Shown here in pieces: positions 56,990 through 64,000 of a stretch of DNA of 64,000 nucleotides; position 1 is the first letter of the stretch, and each line of letters starts with the position of its first letter. Under the pieces are notes generated by a model. The model was not told the origin of the DNA, ran no database searches, and saw only the letters and a program-made list of their open reading frames with translations. The translations under genes were made by a program, and so were the position numbers. The DNA is taken from assembly GCF_009914755.1 (NCBI RefSeq), contig NC_060925.1; one strand, given 5' to 3'. This DNA is from the human T2T-CHM13v2.0 reference genome, Homo sapiens.

Positions 56990-59030
56990 TTAATTATTTA
57001 GCAAATTTTATTAAATGCCTGCTATGGGCTCAGATTCCCTGCTTCATACATTCCCTGTATGTACATGCTACATACATTCTAGAGGGGAAGAGATAAGATA
57101 AGTAAATAAGTATTTGATATATCAGATAATAATATGGGCTGCCAGAAAATCAAGGTAGAATGAGGGGAAGAGAAAGGGTTGAGGTGGAAGTGAGGGTAGG
57201 GGGTTGTTCCTACTTCATCTAGGAATGTCAGGTAAGATCTTTCTGATAAGGAGACATCTGAGCAGAAACCTGAAGGAGCTAGATGCAAAGATATGTGCAG
57301 GAGGGGTACTCCCAGCAGAGTGCCAGTAAGTGGAGAGGCAAGTATTTGCTTGATATGTTCAGGGAACTGCAAGGAGGTCAGCGTGGCTACAGAGAAGTGA
57401 GAGAGAGGCAGAGGGGATAAAGTCAGAATGGTAGTCCCGCAAATCCCTTTCAGGCCTTTGTAAGGATTTTGGCTTTGCTCTGAGTGAGATTTTGAGCTGC
57501 CAAGTCCATTTTAATGGACTCGCTCTGGCTGGCTGTGTTGAAAATCGGTAATGGGGGTCAAGGGAAGAAGCAGGGAGACCAGGTAAGATGCTTTTGTAAC
57601 AATGGAGGCAGGAAATGAAGTTGGTTTGGACCAGAGGCAGCGGTGGAAGAAGCTGTGAGAAGGGGTCAGATTCTGGATACATTTTGAAAGTAGACCTAAC
57701 AGGTTTTGCTGATGTTTTTGGTGTGGTATGTGAGAAAGAAGAGTACAGTCAATGATGACTCTAAGCTTTTTGGCCTGAGGAAGTAGAATGGAGTCTCTAC
57801 TTGCTGAGAGTAGGAAGAGGAACTTGGCATGTGTGTGTGCTGTGTGGCTAGGAAAGAATCAAGAGATCAGTTTCGAAGATGTCAAGGCTGGCATGCCCAT
57901 TATATACCTGAAGATGGCAGTTAGTACTATAGGATACATATGTCTGAAATTCAGTGGAGAGGTCTAGGCTGGAGATATCAATTTTGGAGTCACAGCATGC
58001 AGGCGGCATTTAAAGTCTGACACTGGATGAAACTACCTCAAGAGAGAATATTTAAATAGGTGTCAATGACATGAAGAAAACTCATTGAAGAAGATTGAGA
58101 TGGAGCAGCCATGGAGGAGGGAGGAGAACCTAGAGGCCAACAGAGAAGTGACAAGCTGGGTCAGATGCTGCTAACGGTAGAGTAAGATGAGAACTGAGAC
58201 TTAACTACTGGATTTAGAAACCAGGAGGTTATCACTAAAGAAAAGGGAATAAAAGTGTGACTGGACTAGACTCCAGAGACAATGAAAGGAAAGGAGATGA
58301 AGAGAGTGCGTATATACAGATCTCAAGTATTTTGCTCTAAAACAGAATTGAGGTCAGGGTTAACAAGGGTTTGGGGTCAAGGGAGGTTTTGGGGTTTTCA
58401 TTTGTTTTGTTTCAGGATGGAAAATATCAGAGCATGTTTGCTGATGGAAATGGCTTGTGGAGCGGAAGAGTTTTTGGAGTCATGTCCTTGGATAGGTGAG
58501 AGGAGATAAGGTCCAAAGACAGATGGAAGAACTGGCCTTGAACAGGAGCATGGCAGTTCATTCATAGTAGCAGAAAGGACAGCGTGGTGGCTCACATCTG
58601 TAATCCCAGCTCTCTGGGAGACCTAGGCAGGCAGATAACTTCAGCTCAGGAGCTCAAGACCAGCCTGGGCAACATGGTGCAACCTTGTCTCCACACAAAC
58701 AAAAAAATTAGCTGGACATGGTGGTGAGCCTGTAGTCTCAGCTACTCGAGAGGTAGAGGTGGGAGGAGTGCTTGAGCCTGGGAGGTCAAGGCTGCGGTGA
58801 GCTGTGATCATGCCACTGCACTCCAGCCTGGGCGACAGGGTGAGACTGTCTCAAAAAAAAAAAAAAAAAAAAAAAGTAGCAGAAAGGAAGTCAGTGTACA
58901 AGTACTTGGTAGATCTGATGGTGGGATCATGTTTTCTTCTGATTGTTTTTCTTTGTTCTCAATGAAATTAGCAACAAAATTATCAGTTGAGATTGAGAAA
59001 TGTGTGAAGGGAGGTGTCAGAAGTTTGAGG
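56990..59030 (-). mobile_element. L2 LINE fragment(s) hosting an AluJ
   Basis: Reverse L2 tail followed by a purine-rich body (gattctggatacattttgaaagtagac). Boundaries approximate. Confidence 0.65.
58580..58874 (+). mobile_element. AluJ with 14-bp TSD
   Basis: AGTAGCAGAAAGGA at 58566-58579 and 58875-58888; long A tail. Confidence 0.92.
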
Positions 59031-59088
59031 AAAAAGCTTATGCAAATGGCTGTTGTCTTGGACAGTAGGGATAGTCAATGATCTGGAG

Positions 59089-59283
59089 CAGTGGCTCCCA
59101 AAGTGTGATCCCAGAACCTATAGCATCAGCATGAGCATCACCTGAGAACTTGTCAGAAATGCAGATTCTCAGGCCCCACTCTGGACCTACTGAATCAGAA
59201 GGTCTGTGGCCAAGCCCAGCAATCTGGGCTTTTACAAGTTCTCCAGGTGACTCTGATGCACACTTAAGTTTAAGACTCACTAG
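59089..59283. mobile_element. MER5A MITE
   Basis: cagtggctcccaaagtgtg...cttgtcagaaatgcagattctcaggccccac...gtttaagactcactag. Confidence 0.85.
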
Positions 59284-61410
59284 TCTAGGAAAATATGGTA
59301 TGATTGCAAGGCAGCATTAAGAGAGTTCTTGAGGTTGGTAGTCATGAATTTATAGTGTAACCAGTCAACGTACTTTATCCAAGCCAATGCTGATCATTCA
59401 TCCCTGCTTCCAGCAATTAGATTAAGACTGGACATATGACCCTATTCCAGCTAACATGGCAGGAGAAAAAGTCTGCAGGCAAGGGCTTCCAGTGAGGATT
59501 TCTTTAATCTTAAAAATGAACCCAAAGAAGACATGGTCCCTTTTTGCTACTGAGTTTTGTGGTATGAGGATGTGGTACCTGGAACCGTGGCCACCGAGGA
59601 AGTAAGCCTGCGGACAGAACTGAGTGGTGAGGAAGGCAGAGTGGGAAGATGAAAAGAACAGGGATCTCTGGGGACATTGTGGAGCCACTGGACTTACTAA
59701 CTCAGAGCTTACTAGCCTCTGGAAGTTGTGCAAAGTAGCATGTTCACACAGTCTCACCACCTTTAGCTGTAAAATAGTGGTGATAATAGCCACCTCTCAC
59801 GACTGTTACAAAGACTAGGGGAAAATCATGTATTTGAAAATAGCTTATAACATTGTGAAGCATGATACAAATGTAAATTGCAAATGTAATTTCCAATAGG
59901 GCATTGGTATTTTCATTCAAATTATACACATTTTGTTTATATACAACATTCCAGAAAGTGAGGTATCTTGGTGGTGGAGGTGATAATGCATGTGGAGCTT
60001 CCTTAGGGCTTAGGGCTCTCTAGGACCATGTGGCCTGTCCTGTGTTAATCCAACAGGACACCAGCCCAGCCTGGGACTTCACAGACCGAGGCGCTGATGT
60101 AGTAAACACAGACAAGTGTCACTCACTGGCTCAGCATGCTGGGGGCCATCTTCAGCCCAGCTGGGCAAAAATAGAACCTGAAAACAGGTGAGAAGAGTAA
60201 ATTACACAACCTGTAGCACTGCCACCCCTCTACGCATTGACATCTTTTACTTATTTCTAAGTTTCACAGTCCCTTTCAACTCTCTCCCTAAGATCACAAA
60301 GTTCATTCTGCCGGCATGCCCCTTCCATAGCAGGCAATGCTACCTTTGCCGCAGCAATCCTCCCTCCTCAGCCAGGTGTGGATGCACCCCTCACCCTCCA
60401 TATTGAGGCCCCAGATGCCCTGCTCAGAGTTTGTTTCCCCAGCAGGTCCCTCCATGTGACCTACCTCTCTCCTTGCCAATTAGTGCTTTTGGAGACTTTT
60501 CCTGGACCATCTCATGTTCCTGCCCATTCAGCAGCAAAAGGAGTTCATCTTATTCCCTTAGTTATGGATAAGGCTCACATTCAAAACCCCAGTTAGCCCC
60601 ATCCATTATCTTTGAACCCAGCTCATAGATTCCATTATGCAAGTATTGTATATGCATTCGGCTTTGAGGAAAGTGGTGCCCTTTGATCTGTATAACCTTT
60701 AGGTTTAGCCTGGTCGAGTCACCCTTGGTAGAAGGATCCTTGGTAGAAGGTAGGTCTGCAACAAACAGGTCCACATTTAGGTATTGGCATGTTGAATGGT
60801 ATTTTGTCATTTCACTGCTTTACTGATAACGCTTCATGCTTGGTGCTGAACGTCTTTGGCTCTGCCTTGACTCCTGTGAGAAGTCTCCCCAAAGGAGGCA
60901 TCAGAAGACTTGGTGAGTCTACTCAGGGCAGGAGACATTATAAATCCATGTGAGGCCAGGAGAGACCAGATTGCATGCTGAACAGGCAATAAAAAGGTAA
61001 CAGTGAAGCAATAAAACAATCCTCCAAGGGAACAGGGCACATGGCCATACACAGCAGACAGGTGACCCACGGACTGTTGGAGAGCTGCCTGAGGGACTTC
61101 AGCCTACCATGAGTGTGCCTCCCTACACCTGTTTGCAAAGCACCAGTCAGAACAGGTTGGCACAGGATGTCACCTGGATATGAGAGCCACCCTATATTCT
61201 GGGCACCTGCAGGGACCACTGGCTATGCTTCAAGGGACCAGCTTGCTCTTTTACAGAATTGAATTGTGCCCTCAGTGGAATCATGATTGCCTAGGATCCC
61301 TTGCAGGTTACCTCAAACTGGGATCTCTACACAAACTTGGTGAAGGGTATCCAAGAGTGGGCCTGGCATCTCTAGAAACATCCTGGATTAGGTGTTTGCA
61401 CTCTGTGCTC

Positions 61411-61568
61411 TCTTTTTGTTTGAGATAAGATCTCACTCTCTTGCTCAGGTTGGAGTGCAGTGGTGCAATCATAGCTCACTGCAGTCTTGAATTCCTGGAC
61501 TCAAGTGAGCCTCCTGTCTTGGCCTCCCAAAGTTCTGGGATTACCTGCATGAGTCACTGCACCCGGCC
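61411..61568 (-). mobile_element. FRAM-type Alu monomer
   Basis: Single monomer; TSD TCTGTGCTC at 61402-61410 and 61569-61577. Confidence 0.85.
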
Positions 61569-61708
61569 TCTGTGCTCCCCTACTAGACCCTGAGCCAGAT
61601 GAGGACAAAGTCCACACTTTATTCATCAGTATTCCCAGTCACCAGGGGTGACCCAGAGCCTGACACGAGCCTATTCTCAGTGAAAGTTTGTTGAATGGAA
61701 GGCCTAGA

Positions 61709-62022
61709 CCAGGAGTGGACAGGCTTTTTCTGTAAACAGCTCAAGAGTAAATACTTCAGACTTTCTGGGCCAGATGGTTTCTGTCACAGTCCTATTTTAA
61801 CTGTAAAAGCAGCCACTGATAACATGTAAACAGAGGAGTGGGGCTATGTTCTGATAAAACTTTTAAAATAGACATTGACATTTGAATTTCATATAATTAT
61901 ACATGTCATGAAAGAGGCTTCTTTTGATTTTTTAACCATTTAAAAAAGTGAAAACCATTCTTTGCTTGAGAGCTATGCAAAAACAAGCAGATTTTGCCCA
62001 TGGGGTGTAGCTTATTAACCCC
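61709..62022. mobile_element. MER58-like hAT MITE
   Basis: tttttctgtaaa...gtaaatacttcagacttt...gcagccac...tgttctgataaaacttt motifs. Confidence 0.7.
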
Positions 62023-64000
62023 GGGTCCAAAGCATCAAAAAGGTGCACTTTCTGTTTCCCATGGGTGATCAACATAAGTCTTCCATGCGCACTTTTTGAT
62101 TACTTAATAGCCACTGGGGTGTGCAGTGGCCCTGAGTGCGTACACACACAAACACACACTTATCCAACACATGGCCATTGTTCTGGACACCAGGGTGTGA
62201 GATGTGCAGACTCCAGGTTGCCATGGTAATTGGGAATATGACTGCTTCTAGGTAAGAGAGCAGAAACTGTAGATTGTCAGCAATTTGAGGCTGATGTATC
62301 TTTCTACCTCCTCCCCCAACCATCACTCCAGTGCATATTAGACAAGGGTGGGAAACCATAAATTAGTAAAGCTGGCAGAGAGATGTGTAGCAAGGAGAGA
62401 TAAGTGACAAGAAAAGGATTTCTAATGTTGGCAATGCTCCCTCTGAACTTTTACATTTTTTAGTGTATTTTAATTTGTCCGGCTCTTTCATACACTTTAC
62501 CTCATATATTCTTCACAATCCTATAAGGTATAATTCACCTCTGAGGAAACTATAGTTGAGAGAGTTTGGGCATTGGCTTACTTAAGGCATGGTCTTTAAG
62601 TAGCAGAGCCAAGACTGAGATCCAGGTATTTTTAACCAAAGTGTCTGTCCATGTATTCAGTAAACAAGTTTTGAATGTACTGAATATCATGCACTGTGAA
62701 ATAATATGAATAAAATGTGGTTTATGTCCTCTGGGTATCACCATCTAGTGCCATGGTTCCCATGCCTGTCTTATTGTTGGTTCCCTGCCAGAGATCTCTT
62801 TAATGCAGATTCTCAGGCCCAGGTGTGATGGATTGCATCGGATCTCTGGTGGGGGCAAACACTTTACGGGGCAAGGGCCATAGGCCAAGCTCCCTTCCTC
62901 ACCTCTACCTGCTCTAACCCGGTTGGTCAACTGGGGAAAGGCCGACTCCAGACCCCAGAAGAAGCTCCTGAAGTCTTGTCCTGCAGGGGGGCAATTCTAG
63001 AATAGGATTTACAGTTTGGGCCTGTTAGGGAACCCCAGGTAGTCTCTAGATCCACTTTTGAACATCTGAATCTCTTGTTCCAGAAGCAGAATTCCTGCTG
63101 CAAATTTCTCACTCTGAGTTTGAATTTGGTATGGTGGAATAGGAAAATGAGAAAAGTTCGAGATTCCAAGGAAGAAGCTTCAGGTTTATGTAATAGTGAG
63201 CACATTACCTAACCTCTTTGAACTTTCATGTCGTCGTCTGAGGCAGACAATAATAGCCATGTTTCCCCCACCCCGCATTCCAAAAGAAGATTCATAGGAA
63301 CCTGTGCAGCTGCCATCACACCAGGGAGTCCTGCCGCCCTCCCCATGCAGGTCTGCTTTGGTGTTGGGCAGTCATGGAGTGGCCTGCAGTGTGCTAGGTC
63401 AGGTAGACCAAGTTGTTGCCTGTGGATACTGGATTACCTTCTCAGAAAAACCAGCCTGTCCCAAAGCAAGTGCCCCGACATCTTGTAAGATGAAGACGAG
63501 CTTGCATTCTCTTCTGCAGTCAGTGTTGAAAGTGAACTCACTCTGCAGAGGAACACAACACGAAATTCACATTCAATCATTTAAACTCTCCTAGAGCTCA
63601 GTTTCCCAATGTATTTTGTTGACAAGTGATATTTGGGGGACAGTTTTAAGCTTGCAATCTGTCCTTATTTATGATTTCTTTGCTGTCCTCCCTTCAGAGT
63701 TTTGGTTTGGGTGACCCTCAGGTAAGTTCCCTGGAGTGTAATCTAAAGTCATCACCTCTTCTCCTCACCCAGGAGGGCAGAACCCCGCCCATCTCCTGTG
63801 GGCTCCCTCCATCCTCCTGAGCTCCGCGCACTCCCCTGCCAGACCACACCAATCTCAGGAGGTCACTTGGCTTTTTCTTTCTGGATAGGGGCTCGTCTCA
63901 TTTCCATGGTTTCTTAACAGTTAGAAGTGCTTTCTATTTAATACTTAGATTTTAATTCCTTCAAATAGGCTTTGGAATTATTTATTTTGCTACTGATGAA

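Overview
Primate (human-like) genomic DNA, rich in Alu, L1, L2 and LTR repeats. Bases 2906-15339 carry five coding exons of MAB21L3 (C1orf161; Mab-21/cGAS-like nucleotidyltransferase fold) on the + strand, all with canonical AG/GT boundaries. The exon with the start codon is not in the window and presumably lies upstream. The rest is the presumed 3' UTR and a ~45 kb gene-free flank. It contains a 3.1 kb 5'-truncated dead L1PA, a solo LTR12C/ERV9 LTR pointing antisense at MAB21L3, about 14 Alu/FLAM/FRAM elements, old MaLR/MER/L2/L1M fossils and two orphan CpG islands. The most notable observations are: (1) a candidate recursive-splicing exon in MAB21L3 whose skipping would trigger NMD; (2) loss of cGAS catalytic residues in MAB21L3, with apparently cGAS-like intron positions; (3) a 212-bp, 99%-identical non-tandem duplication of apparently non-repeat DNA 2047 bp apart; (4) a 56-bp minisatellite carrying perfect heat-shock elements, near an NF-kB-site CpG island and a 114-nt purine tract; (5) splice-signal chains, including a 24-nt microexon, suggesting unannotated + strand transcripts. 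Repeat subfamily names are recognised by eye, and boundaries of the old elements are approximate.
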